From Fistulifera solaris (taxonomy: Eukaryota), in assembly GCA_030295235.1 (NCBI GenBank), contig AP026153.1:496001-560000 (forward strand): a stretch of 64,000 nt of DNA, read 5' to 3'. Below the pieces are notes generated by a model, which did not search any database, was not told the origin of the DNA, and saw only the letters and a list, made by a program, of their open reading frames with translations. Of this stretch, positions 39,666 through 51,443 are shown piece by piece. Position 1 is the first letter of the stretch; each line of letters begins with the position of its first letter. The translations under genes and the position numbers were made by a program.

Positions 39666-40560
39666 ATGATGCCAGCTTCCTTTGATATTTCACAATTACC
39701 TTCGTTACAAGACGGGATGTCGATTCAAGAAGAATCGATGAAACGCCGTAAAACATGTCGTTTCATTGAAGAAGCCGGTCGCATTCTCAAATTACCCCGC
39801 GTCGCTATTGCGACGGCCATGGTCTTTTTCACCGCTTTTACGCCAAACATTCCTTTGCCCAACACGATCGCTTTGAAGTTGCCGTGGCGTGTCTATTACT
39901 GGCGGCCAAAACGGAAGAATCGCCCAAAAACTAGTCGTCGTGTTGGAAGAATGTCAGAAACTCAAATGGCGGGGCATGCAAGCAGGGTCCGCCACCGTCA
40001 AACCACCGGATTTGGATCCCAAAGGAGAAGAATTTTCCAAATTAAAAGAGCGGGTCTTGTTGTTGGAACGAGTAATATTGCATACGATTGGTTTTGAATT
40101 ATCGATTGATCATCCGTACAAATTTTTAGTCGAACAAATCAAACAACTCGTACAGGGCAAAAAGTTGATCTACCAAAACAATCATACACCCGTCGGATTA
40201 TCATCACCCCAACAGCAACAACAGCACATGATGAACGAAATGGTCCAATTGGCGATGAATTTCGCGAATGACTCGATGCACACGAGTTTGTGTTTGCAGT
40301 TTGATCCCAAGAAGATTGCCTTTACCTGTGTCTATTTGGCCGCGCAATTTGGTCATTTGGTGCCCACGAACGAAAGCGATGATTGGTGTGATTCTTTATT
40401 GTCGATCGATTCGGTATCGTTGGCATCGATTGCTCTGCAACTCATTGAACTCATTGCGGAACGCAAAGGATCGGATCCAACGGTATTGAATCAAGTCAAG
40501 GAACAATTGGAAGTATGGACGACATTGGAGCCACAAACGAAGCGTCCGCGTGTCGAGTGA
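39666..40560 (+). CDS. Transcriptional cyclin (cyclin K/T/L-like), indels in assembly
   Basis: FIEEAG..LKLP..AIATA.VF(F)HRFY, LLAAK.EE, ER..L.TIGFEL.IDHPY and NDS..T.LCLQF. Confidence 0.9.
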
Positions 40561-41116
40561 GTTTCAGATGCACTCTGGCACACCCGAACTGCTATGAATC
40601 TTGGTGTTGGCTAGTTTGCGGATTATAAAGTAGGCAAACGGTCGACATGTAATCGATAACTACTTTCTACCTAAAACAAAGTATAATGAGATTATCCCGC
40701 GAGAAATGCACACTTTCGAGCCTCCTTAAGTTAGACTTATGTGCTACGCAAGACGAAAGCGCTTCTAGCTTCATGAACAGTGTGTTGCGGAGTACGTCGT
40801 AACTTGTTGCTATCTCTGAAGCGGTCGACCCGTTCGGGACAGGAAGATGCATGAGTCTTGCCAAGACTACACTTTACGCTATAGCCAAGTTCGAATGGCG
40901 CCTGAAACTGCCGATGCGACGAAATCATCGCAACGACCGATGAAATCCGATGGATGACAACGAGTTTTCATGACAGCAATAAAAGCATATCACTCAGACC
41001 GATCTTGCACGCACAAGGTTGTGTTGAACGTCGACTCGTTTGATTGCTTTGCTGGATCGTCGCATTCACAGTTAGAAAGCGAAAGACTTGATTTGCTACA
41101 ACAAAACAACAACAAC

Positions 41117-42536
41117 ATGCTTTCCTTCCGTTGGCTGGTTCGCATCGCTCTGTGCGGGTGGATGACGGTGCACGCTGCTCATCCGACCTCAAATGCAGTA
41201 ACTGAAAAGAAGACAACATCATTTGCTTCATCAACATCTTCTTTATTGCGTGGAGGTGCTCCTGTTCTTCCGAAACCCAAAAAGATCCACAACGTCGGTC
41301 CTCGCTTCAGCAACAACAAAAATGTCAAGACACGTCTTCCTGTCGGCACTGCACCCGTATCGTCCCAAATCTTCAATCTCATCAAAACCATTGTCGGTGC
41401 AGGTGTCTTGGGATTGCCCGCCGGCATGGTCGCATCGTTCGCTGTCGCACATCACGACAGTCTCTCGGCTACTTTAGTACCCAGCATGATTTGTTTGTTG
41501 GCCATTGGGGCACTCGCCGCGTACGCCTTTTGTTTGATTGGAACCTTGTGCGAACAAACGCAAAGTACGACGTACCGAGAAGTGTGGAAGAATACTGTGG
41601 GTCCACAAACGGCCTGGATTCCGGCGGTAGCCTGTACGGCCGTGACCGTCTGTTCGTGCATTGCGTATTCCATGATTCTCGGTACCATGGTACCGGAATT
41701 GTTGCAATCGATTCTGACTGGTTTCAACTTTGTGGGACAAAAGAATGGCGTTTTGACGGCTCTGACGGTCCTCTTGTTGTTGCCCTTGTGCTTGTTGCGC
41801 AACTTGAGTTCGTTGGCGCCCTTTTCCTTATTGGGAATTGGAGGGATGGTCTATACGGGTTTGGCCATGCAAGTGCAACATTGGAAGGGATCGTATCCGC
41901 CGGCGGTGTATACTTTACCCAAATCCACGTCCGTGAGCCCCGCCATTCTCTTGAGTATGCTCAGTACCGCGTACATGGCCCACTACAATGCCCCCAAGAT
42001 TTACTGGGAACTCCAAGACGACAAGAAACGCGATTTCAACAAAGTCGTCGGAGCCTCGTTTGCCGTCTCCATGGGACTCATGACCTTGATTGCGGGAACC
42101 GGATTGGCGACGTTTGGAGTCAACAGCGCCTCGGTGATTTTGTCGAATTACAACGATCCGTGGATGCGTGTGGCGAAATGGGCCGTCGCCTTGAGTCTCA
42201 TTTGCAGCTATCCTTTGGCCTTTACGGGTGTCCGTGATGGCATTTTGGAGTACGTGAAACCGGCACAACGCGATGCGTCGGTTGTTCCTGTGACAGTGAG
42301 TGCACTAGCGATCATTACCGGTATTGCCATGACCTTGACGAATTTGCAAACGTTACTTGCCGTCGGTGGAGCTACGTGGGGTAATGCGGTCATTTATCTC
42401 TTTCCAGCCATGATGTACATAAGTAATGAGAATAAGAAAGCCCCGAAAGACAAAAAAGTCCGTGATTGGGGTGTACGCTATGGCTTTGACGGGTCTAGCG
42501 TTGGGTGTCGTCGGAACCTCTCAAGCAATTGCCTAA
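41117..42536 (+). CDS. Amino-acid transporter (AAAP/SLC38-like) with N-terminal signal-like presequence
   Basis: FNLIKTIVGAGVLGLP, AHYNAP, SYPL.F and multiple TM helices; probable indel near 42455. Confidence 0.9.
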
Positions 42537-42609
42537 ATTAGTGAGAGGAAGACGAATATTCGAAATGCAAAATGGCTAAAAAATTATATATGTATGTTCA
42601 CAAAACTGT

Positions 42610-43011
42610 TTACCGTTGCTCGGAATCAAGTTCCTTCGAGGTTTCTTTCCAAAATCGAGCTGCGGTCGAACGCATCTGTATATTATTCGTCTTTGTCTCT
42701 GTTAAAGGCAATTTGGGAGCGGATTCTATCATTTGAGTCGAGAAACTTGTCTCGTGTGTTTGATAATTGTTCGCTTTTTCTTTTGCGTCGAATTGCGGAG
42801 GAGCATGATGATAATTATGATGCATTACTTGATATGAGAACCGCGGCGCTAAACTGAGTTTCGTCGTACTTTTCGTCGTTTCGAACAGATCGAAATCGTC
42901 TGGTAACGACGGTAACCTTGGTAATGGAGGTCGTATAGGTGCGTGTTGCAAGTTGGGTGTCAAGAAAGACGATGATAGTGTGTGAGTCGTCTTGTTGCGT
43001 TTTGTCGTCAT
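42610..43011 (-). CDS. Small hypothetical protein
   Basis: 133-aa ATG ORF convergent with the transporter; no motif recognised. Confidence 0.35.
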   Translation of the reverse strand: MTTKRNKTTHTLSSSFLTPNLQHAPIRPPLPRLPSLPDDFDLFETTKSTTKLSLAPRFSYQVMHHNYHHAPPQFDAKEKANNYQTHETSFSTQMIESAPKLPLTETKTNNIQMRSTAARFWKETSKELDSEQR

Positions 43012-43527
43012 CCTACTGATGATGAATGATGTCGTCTGTATGATTTTGACTGCTTTGTAGAAAGAGAATATTATTTGTACCGCTCGATGCTGGAAAGAGC
43101 AACGCGCGAGATGAAAGATGAAAAGAGAATAATCAAAAGAGGATTGATTAAACGTGGTTTACATACACATGCAGGTTTGAGGAGAGATGGAATAATTCCA
43201 TCAAGTGTGTTGCAAGAGGAAAACATCAAAACAAGCGAACGTCACGCACGTCTGTTCCCGAATCGAAAAGAACTTCACGCGTAGTACTATCCAACCCACA
43301 TTGTGTACTTTCTTGCAATAAACAGCGAAGAACACATTGTTTGTTAGAAATAACATGGTTTCCATTTAGCCTGAAGAATATGAATCTCTTCCGCGAAATA
43401 TCCTACACTAAAGGAGGGTGTACTATTTACTTTTCTTTCGAGTTTCGGCGTGAACGTTGTCGCGCCGCCTGGGAGCTTGCGGAGCAGGCATGAATCATGA
43501 ATCATCATCTAAACTCTAAGGAGGAGG

Positions 43528-44021
43528 CATGAGTAAATGGTAAACCCTGGGGTGAAGATAAGTCTGTTCTCAACCGTTTTTTACGCGATAGACCGCGTTT
43601 GTTCGCATGTCGGTCTTGGTGTCCCCCATTTTGATTTTTGTCAGGTGCGACATTGGTCGAAAATCGGGCTGTGAAAAATATTTACCGTGTCATTATCACG
43701 ACAAAATGATCGAACTTTGCATGTCAACACCATTTTCAAAGTATGGTCCGAGTCTTGGCCGACGTCACAAATCTGTCTTTTTATAAATAATAAAAAAATT
43801 TAGTTCCGCGGCCAAGAGTCGGACCATACTTTCATTTTAAGGTAGACAAACTAAGATCAGCACTGTGACGCGATGCTACGCGGTGAAAATTTCGCTGCAA
43901 TTTTTTGAGCAGCGCGAAAGGGTCTGACGACGGTCAAACGTTGAAAAACAGGGAACAGGGGACACAGGCGACGGGCGAGGACAGACTTATCTTCACCCCA
44001 GGGGTTTACCATTTACTCATG
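43528..44021. mobile_element. MITE/foldback element (~494 bp) with CATGAG termini
   Basis: About 40-bp TIR CATGAGTAAATGGTAAACCC.TGGGGTGAAGATAAGTCTGT; GAGGAGG duplicated at 43521-43527 and 44022-44028; inner inverted repeat 43738-43762 / 43809-43833. Confidence 0.88.
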
Positions 44022-44168
44022 GAGGAGGGGCAGAATTGGGAGAGAAGATCGCGAAGTAAGTTCTTATATCGCGAAGAGCATGCCGCCGAAACAGCGAGGC
44101 ATAATGATGCACGTGTCATCAATGACCGGGAAAATGACTACTGTACTGAACTCCGTACCTGATTATAG

Positions 44169-44290
44169 TTCGAGATTCGAGATTCGAGATATGGTTCTTG
44201 GCGTCGTAGGTCGGTCGTAGTTTAGACGTTAGACGTTAGACGTTAGACGTTAGACGTTAGACTACAGACTACAGACTACAGACTACAGAC
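44169..44290. repeat. Compound heptamer microsatellite (TTCGAGA)3 ... (GTTAGAC)~6 (TACAGAC)4
   Basis: Read directly from the sequence. Confidence 0.9.
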
Positions 44291-44879
44291 TTTTTAGTCC
44301 ATCACTTCGAAGAAAGCCGTGTGTTCGTACGTGTTCTTCACGTACTCTTCAAGCAGTAGTAGGTATTCAGAAACGGAAAAGCAAGAAATGCCTTCAAATT
44401 TTAGCGTTCGCTTTCGGTACATTCGACACGCCCCATTTGGACGAAAGAACGACCAGATGCTTGAATCCAGCTCGAATCTTCAGCTAGTTTTGAGAAGCCA
44501 TGCGTTCTTTTGCTCAACTAGACTAACTAGAAGTTGAATGCCGAAGAGCGAAGAGTGCCGAGTGCCAATTGTTCATTCGAAACGAATGTGGACTGTGGAT
44601 TCGGCTCAATCGCGACAAGAATAAGATAAGCAAATCAAGCAAATGACAAGAAAAACCTAAGCGTTCGCATCGTTCAGAAACGGCCGCATGGACTATAGCT
44701 GAGAACAGAACGCTCGCGGAATCTGTTCAGAAGAACGACCTCCCCTTCCAGACTGCAAACAATGTCTTGGCATTCGGTTGGCAGATGGCAAAAAGGCAAC
44801 AAGCCACACCCAAAAACAATTCTTTCGATATGAAAAGCCAATCAATTCATAATTCTGTCGCCGTCGATCTTTTTTGAAC

Positions 44880-45284
44880 ATGGAGAAGATAAACCCTGCC
44901 ACAGCGGCGATGGAAGCGTTTCTTCTATCGCTCGAAGAGCCACCTCAAGCAAGACGAAGTGGAAGAAGAGACGAGACCAAGGTACATGAAACCATTCCAC
45001 ACCTTTCTGACTTTCCATCACTCGAATGGTTCTTCGAAGACTTTACCACCAGTTATTCTACGTCGGATATCTTGACCTCGATCCAGATTTCTCGGAGTGA
45101 CACCGCTTTGGTCCGATGCTATGCCGTTCGAAACAACCTGGCTCGAGCATTCGACTCTCAAATTTCAAAAACCCCGAAGAAAACAGATGTATGGCATCCT
45201 TCGTCGGAAGAGCGACTTTATCAACCATTCGATACGAATACAGCTCATCAGCGGATTCTCCCGGCCTATTCTCATGCCGCCTAG
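44880..45284 (+). CDS. Small hypothetical protein
   Basis: ATG ORF of about 134 aa; no recognised domain. Confidence 0.4.
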   Translation: MEKINPATAAMEAFLLSLEEPPQARRSGRRDETKVHETIPHLSDFPSLEWFFEDFTTSYSTSDILTSIQISRSDTALVRCYAVRNNLARAFDSQISKTPKKTDVWHPSSEERLYQPFDTNTAHQRILPAYSHAA

Positions 45285-45388
45285 ATCGCATTCGATGCTC
45301 GCCTTGCACACTTTTGCAAAAGCACCTTATTTTAAGGTGGCAGATATGGTGATTTTAAACTTAAGCCATTTGCATTTTATTATACACT

Positions 45389-47955
45389 TTATGGAGAGCT
45401 ACTTAAACTCGATTGGCTGCTAGAAGTATGAAGTTGCATGTTCCACATATCAGCGTATAAGCCTTGCTTTTCCATCAATTCATCGTGTGTACCTATTTCC
45501 GCTGCTACTCCATCTTTCAAGACAACAATCTGGTCCGCATTTCGAATCGTCCCTAAACGGTGCGCAATTACCAATACGGTACGATGCTGACCAAGTCGGT
45601 CTAGCGCTTCTTGCACGGACTTTTCGGTCAAAGTATCCAAGGCACTTGTCGCCTCGTCCAATAAAACAAAGTCGGGGTTCTTCAACAGACACCGAGCAAT
45701 TGCGACGCGCTGCTTCTCACCTCCGCTCAACTTTAGTCCACGGTCACCGACAAGTGTGTCCCATTTCTCAGAAAGTGACTCAATGAAAGGCAGTAGTTGT
45801 GCGTCAGTTGCTGCTTGGATCAATTGTTCTCGGGTCGCATCTCGCGAGCCGTACAGGATGTTTGCTTCCAACGTGTCGTTGAACAAGCTTGCAGCCTGTG
45901 GCACTACCCCATAGCTCCTCTCAAAGAATGTTGCGTCACCGTTCGAACATCGACTCCATTCACTTTCACGGCTCCACCCAGCGTGTCATAGAAACGAAAT
46001 AGTAAGCGACTTATGGTTGTTTTACCCGCACCTGTCGGTCCTACAATTGCGGTTGTTGTGCCCCGTTTCATTTGGAACGACAGGCCTTTCAATCCGTTGT
46101 TCGAAGGCTGTGTCGGATAATGAAATGAGACATTATCGAACTCTACAGCGATGTCGGGGGCAGAATCGTTGATTTTCGGTAACTGCAAAGCGTCCGGTGC
46201 ATCCGTGACATCGGGGTTCTCGGCCAGTAATTCGCTCATACTGGTCAAATCGATAAGAGCCATGACAATCGAGTTATAGACACTGCCCAGAAAGTTCAAC
46301 GGACCGAAGAGTTGATTGACAAAGGCGAGAACGGCGATAAAATCACCCACTTGCATCCCGCCGCAATGTGATTCCAAGCAGCACTCGCTCAACATGCTTT
46401 CACAACCTGCTTCTATCAAGCAACAGTCGTGACGCAATTGTATGGCGTGGACGGTCAGAGCAAGAGACGCCGCCATGCACAACTGCAAAATAACTTGTTG
46501 ACTCATGTTCAGAAAGGACAAGCTTGATTGTACGTTCACCGAACCTGCTTGGTAACGAGCCACGGCCTTTGCAAATTGTTCTTTCTCGTAAGCTTCGGCC
46601 GTGAAAAACTTGACCGTTTCGAAATTCATCATACTATCTACGAAACGATTTTCCATTTCATTGTCGCTTTGTACCAGTTGCTTGCGAAACTTCTTACGCC
46701 ACAACGTGACCAGAATAGTCCAAACCGTGTACACGAAGACAAAGTAAAAGACTGTCACAGCCAAAGGCAAAAAGGAAAAGTAGGTGGCGAAAATCAAGCA
46801 CACGGAAATGCATTCCGCCAATGCTGGTAATAGCCATAGGAAGAGATATTTCATCAGCGTATCGCAAGCACTGATCCCTCGCGACATACTGCGTAACACC
46901 AGTCCCATCTTTTTACGCAGGTGCCAGTCCAACGATAATGAATGTAGGTGCCCAAAAGAGGCTACAGCCAACTGAACATAGGCAGCCTGCGCGACCTTCA
47001 AATAAACTAGCGATTGGGCTTCTTTCAAAGCATTTCCCGTCCAGCTGATGACTGCATAACCACACGAGAAATAAATCGCCTTTCGATAATCCGCATGCGC
47101 CAACGCAGTGCTGGCCCATCCCAAAAACAACGGCGATACCAAATTGCAGATTTTCGAACCGGCGACACAGACCCACGTAACCACCGCACGCGAGCGATTC
47201 ATCAACGCCGTGCTTTCTCCTGTCGCATCGGGCCAAAAGTACGGACGCAACAGTGTCATGAATTGCTGACTGGATAAGACGGACTTCTTGTCACTTTCAT
47301 CGGAGGGCGCGTTGTCGCGAGACCCTTTGAGGCAGCAGGCATCAATCAGCGTCATCACCAATTGTACGGTTGCAGCCCCCACGATGCTCCACGACACCGA
47401 CTTGGCGGAATCATTATTTGTAGCCGCCATGTATTCATATGAAAAAGCCGACCATAATATCCACACGGAGGTAATATGAAAGAAGCGTGCTGTGCGGCCG
47501 TAGCGTTGCTTGAGCGGATCACGCCAGAGGAATAGGACATCCGTGAGTGTGACCAGAAGAGCCGAGAGCAGTAAGAACAGTATCGATTTCGCCGCAGAAA
47601 GAGCACAATCGAAATAAAAGATAGCGATCACAATCCAGGCTATAGTAAAGGCAATCTTGCGCGTCTTGGGCGACATTAAGGACGAATTTGTTGACTCGGA
47701 TGCATCGGATGATAGCAGCGGCCATTCTTCATCATCACTGCTGGACGAAACCTTCCTATCCGTCTTGCTAAGTAAAGGAGAAACAGATCCTTTTTCATTC
47801 TTCGATGATTGTGGCTTGGATTCTTTGACGTCGTCTTCAACCGGTTGACTCGCAACCGCAATCAAATCAATCGACAATCGGACCATTTGCAATGTAGCCG
47901 CCACCATAGCGGCAATAGTAATCCATTCTCCGTCGTCGCTATCCCACGATGACAT
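45389..47955 (-). CDS. ABCB half transporter (ATM1/HMT1/ABCB6-like) with extra N-terminal TM region, indel near 45908
   Basis: HLHSLSLDWH, NFETVKFF, GPTGAGKT, LFRFYD, LSGGEKQRVAIAR and DEATSALD. Confidence 0.95.
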
Positions 47956-48546
47956 TTTTCTGAAAATTTACAATGAAAATAAAAAGGGGGCAAAGGAAAC
48001 GTCAAGAATGTTTGCGTTTTTGTGATCCTTTCAAAAGGACCATCGCGCACGAAAATAAGATCGAGCAAAATGAACAAAAATGAACGCCAAAGAAAACTAT
48101 AGCGCCAAAGTGTGAGCGGCAAGGCACTTTCGCGTGTTTCACGATCGGGACTCAATCACTCTAGAGTGCTTTAATCACAACGAAAGAATGATTCTCTAGA
48201 CTAGAAATTATTGCGATCTAATGTAAAAGCTATCGTTACTTCACGAAGACGACTCGTGCATTCTTGAGCCTTGTTTCGTGACAGTGGTGCTCGCTCTTCA
48301 TCTGTGTCGGTAACAACCTAGCACAACATAGCAGCTATTCCTACTTTGAATTTCGCCAATTGAGTTGCGTCGCCTTTCTCGGAAGTATTGTAAAAACCTT
48401 GCTGAAGTTTACCAGAGGCAATTGCGTCTTTGGCCAACAAGCTGTGTTAACAGAGGCGAGTACCGGTACTATAGCCCTTCTATCTCGGCTCCTTGGTTTG
48501 ATTCAATCGATCTCACGTGTTTGCCTTCGTACAGTTTTGTAATTCT

Positions 48547-50090
48547 CTACACCGCGTCTTTTACAAAATCCAAGCGTACTTTCCATTTGTTGATATCGAC
48601 GACGTACAAGCCGTATGATACTAGATAAGACTCAAACATGGCCCCCAGCTTCTCCTCACTGTCACCACTAAAGTCTCCGGTTTCCAAATAGTCATCTTTC
48701 GCGGCAAGAGCCACATCCGTGAGATCAATATATTCCTGTCGTTCGACGGTGATCATTTGTGAAAAAGCTTCGCGTGCCACCACAGTGGAAAACTTGCGAA
48801 AACGTATCTCCTCCCGTAACTCAACTAGTTGCGCTTCCAGATTTCGCAGACGATGGTCCAATTTCTGCTTGTTCTTTTGACGTCTGTAATACTGTAGTCA
48901 CCTCGCTCTTCGACGCTTACTGTCCAGCCTCGTACATGTTGAATATTCATGTCGTATGCTGCCATGTAGGATGCAAATACCTTGGCAAGCTTTCCTTCCT
49001 CCAGATTGACCGCTTGGTTTGGTCTCAAATTGTATTTCCAAGAAGATTTTCCGATTGATGATAAGTTTATGGTGTCATCGTCCCCTGTTATCATTTCCGC
49101 GAACGCCGCGCTGGCTAATGTAGATGCAAACCGCCCATAGTTGACTTCATCACTCATTTCTTTCTCGAGTTCCTCAAGTTCTTTGATGTGCTCTTGCTGC
49201 TTTGACATGGTGCTTTTCACGTGCTTCACATTGAATGCTTGAACAAGTTTCGAGCCAGCTTCGATAGTTTCTGAATCTATTCGCTGAAACCCATAAACTT
49301 CCAGATCTGCCAAAAAATCCGGTCTGGAAATGCTTGCCGGTAATCGAATTCGGCCTTTACGCATCCATTCTATGATATAATGAAACCGATTAGGGTCTCC
49401 ATCTAATCGGACGGGTTTCGAGGTACTATAGCGCTTGAGACACGACCTTGATGGTAGAACCCGTTCTGGAAATGAATCAATAATTTGAGGGTCAATTTCA
49501 AAGGCCTGGTTCTCGACTCTAAATGCTGCCATCGACGGAACTGTAGCTTCGTTTGATCTAGCGATAAATGTCACAAATCCAGATGCTTCTCGTAAAAATT
49601 CCCGAATATGTGAAGCTTGCATGTTGGCAAAGTCAATAGTATCGGCACCCAGCAAAGTGTCGCCTATTCTTAGTGCGGTATCTTCAAAAGGACTCCCCTG
49701 GGCGATTTTCGTCACGCAAACATTTCCGGGAAAGCCTGCTATTGAAAGTTTAAACTTGCCATCCTTTGGCTTTTTCACGGTTATTTCGATAATGTCCTTG
49801 GCTTTGACGGTACGCAATTCCTTTTCCGACCCGTACGCCAACAGAAATTTAAGTTTCCCCGACGCTCGATTTATTATTTCCAGTAGATTGTCTTCATGCA
49901 TTCCGTCAACAGGAATATTAGCTATTCGGAGAACCCGCATGCCTTCCCGGGCGACGTAACCAGAACATCGATCGAAGAGGCCGTCCTCGGTTATTCGTTT
50001 GATGTAAATAAAATTTCCCGAACTCCTCAGTCGGACTCCAGCCTTTTCGGAGGGATGCGACTTCGCCAGCATCACAGGAAGAAACTTCAT
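48547..50090 (-). CDS. PDZ-PDZ-BTB/T1 protein with duplicated C-terminal module (ORF 48547-48861 probably continues by frameshift)
   Basis: PDZ-like IKRITEDGLF and VTKIAQGSPF..T.LRIGD; BTB-like DGDPNRFHYIIEWMR.G...DLEVYGF. Confidence 0.75.
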
Positions 50091-50476
50091 CCTGATAGCT
50101 ATGGCGAGAGATAATTACTATTCCTGTTCATGCACATCTCATGTCCATTCGATGATAATGGTTATTGTTCACCATCGTCTCTTTGGTGTTGGTCGGCGAG
50201 CGCTTCTGTTTGTAGTCACTTTCCTACAGTGAGAACGCCGAGGAGCACGAGACGCACGCGAGGTGAACTTAACTGTGATAGTAGATTTCAAGCTTAGCTC
50301 ATAGCGGCACTCGATTTGTTAAATGCCGTATTTTAGCGATATTTTAGCATTGTACTGAAAGATAACCTCAGCTCTAATGGTTTCGGAACCTCAACGTGCT
50401 ATAGCATGATGGGTATAACATTTATTTTTTTCTAAAAAATAAAAAATAAATCATAACCTATCCAAAAGCAATTATT

Positions 50477-51048
50477 TTACACTAATATTTCTTGATGAAC
50501 TGAAAAGCCCAAGTTAAGATTCCAGCTATTGGCTTCTTTGACATAAAGACCAAGTTTGTCAAGCATTAATTCGACGATTTCTTTGAGACGTCCATCGCTA
50601 ACCGTGATATCAGTATCGAATAGATACTCATCGCGCGCATGACGAACAACACCCGAGAGATCTATTATCTCATCATCTCCAGCAAGCATGAACTCTGCGA
50701 AAGCCGCGCGAGCTACTGCCAGAGAAAATTTACGTGAGCGTATTTCTCTCTTCATGGTTTCTAATCTCGACTCAATTTCCAGTTTAGCCCGTTTACTCGA
50801 TCCGCTTCCTTTTTGTCTGAAAAGCTTGATCTTTGTTCTAAGTACACCGCTTCTTCCTCGAGATCTTTTGTGAGTTGTTGTTCTCGCTTAATTGCAACTT
50901 TAACTTGCTTGATCGAATGCAAGGCCTCAGTTCGAGATTCACTGTCACTTTTTAGCGGAACAATGAAATCTATCCTGGAGGAAACGCTTTCCCAGCGGGA
51001 CTTTTCATGGCGATGTTCCGGTTGACTTATCATGTCGGCCGACACCAT
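50477..51048 (-). CDS. Small coiled-coil protein made of the same C-terminal module (frameshifted)
   Basis: REIRSRKFSLAVARAAF...IIDLSGV matches the neighbouring gene's module. Confidence 0.6.
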
Positions 51049-51443
51049 GGTTAATTTTAGGTGCAGAAAGCTTGAAAAGATGAGGAACGTTTTGCGCTCA
51101 CAAATTGAAGATCACTGTAGAAGGAATTCAGCACTCGCTAGTCGGTATCTCAAGATAAATGGATTTATCTATGGTTTCGGACCTAATTTCTCGTCAGATA
51201 TGACAAATGAACCTTGCAAGCGATTGTTTTATTTCAATCTTTTGGCTTTCTTTGAAACAATTCTCCCACCTCAACGCACAACGGATGAAAGAAAATAATG
51301 AGGCTAAATAAATCTAAAGGATGTCGTAGCGGGAAATATTTGTTACAAATCCCATAATTTATAGCGCAATGGCCTTTTATCAAAATGATAACGAAGTACA
51401 CTGCGTGGTGTACAATTGTCACTTGCTATGAATATCTACGTCT

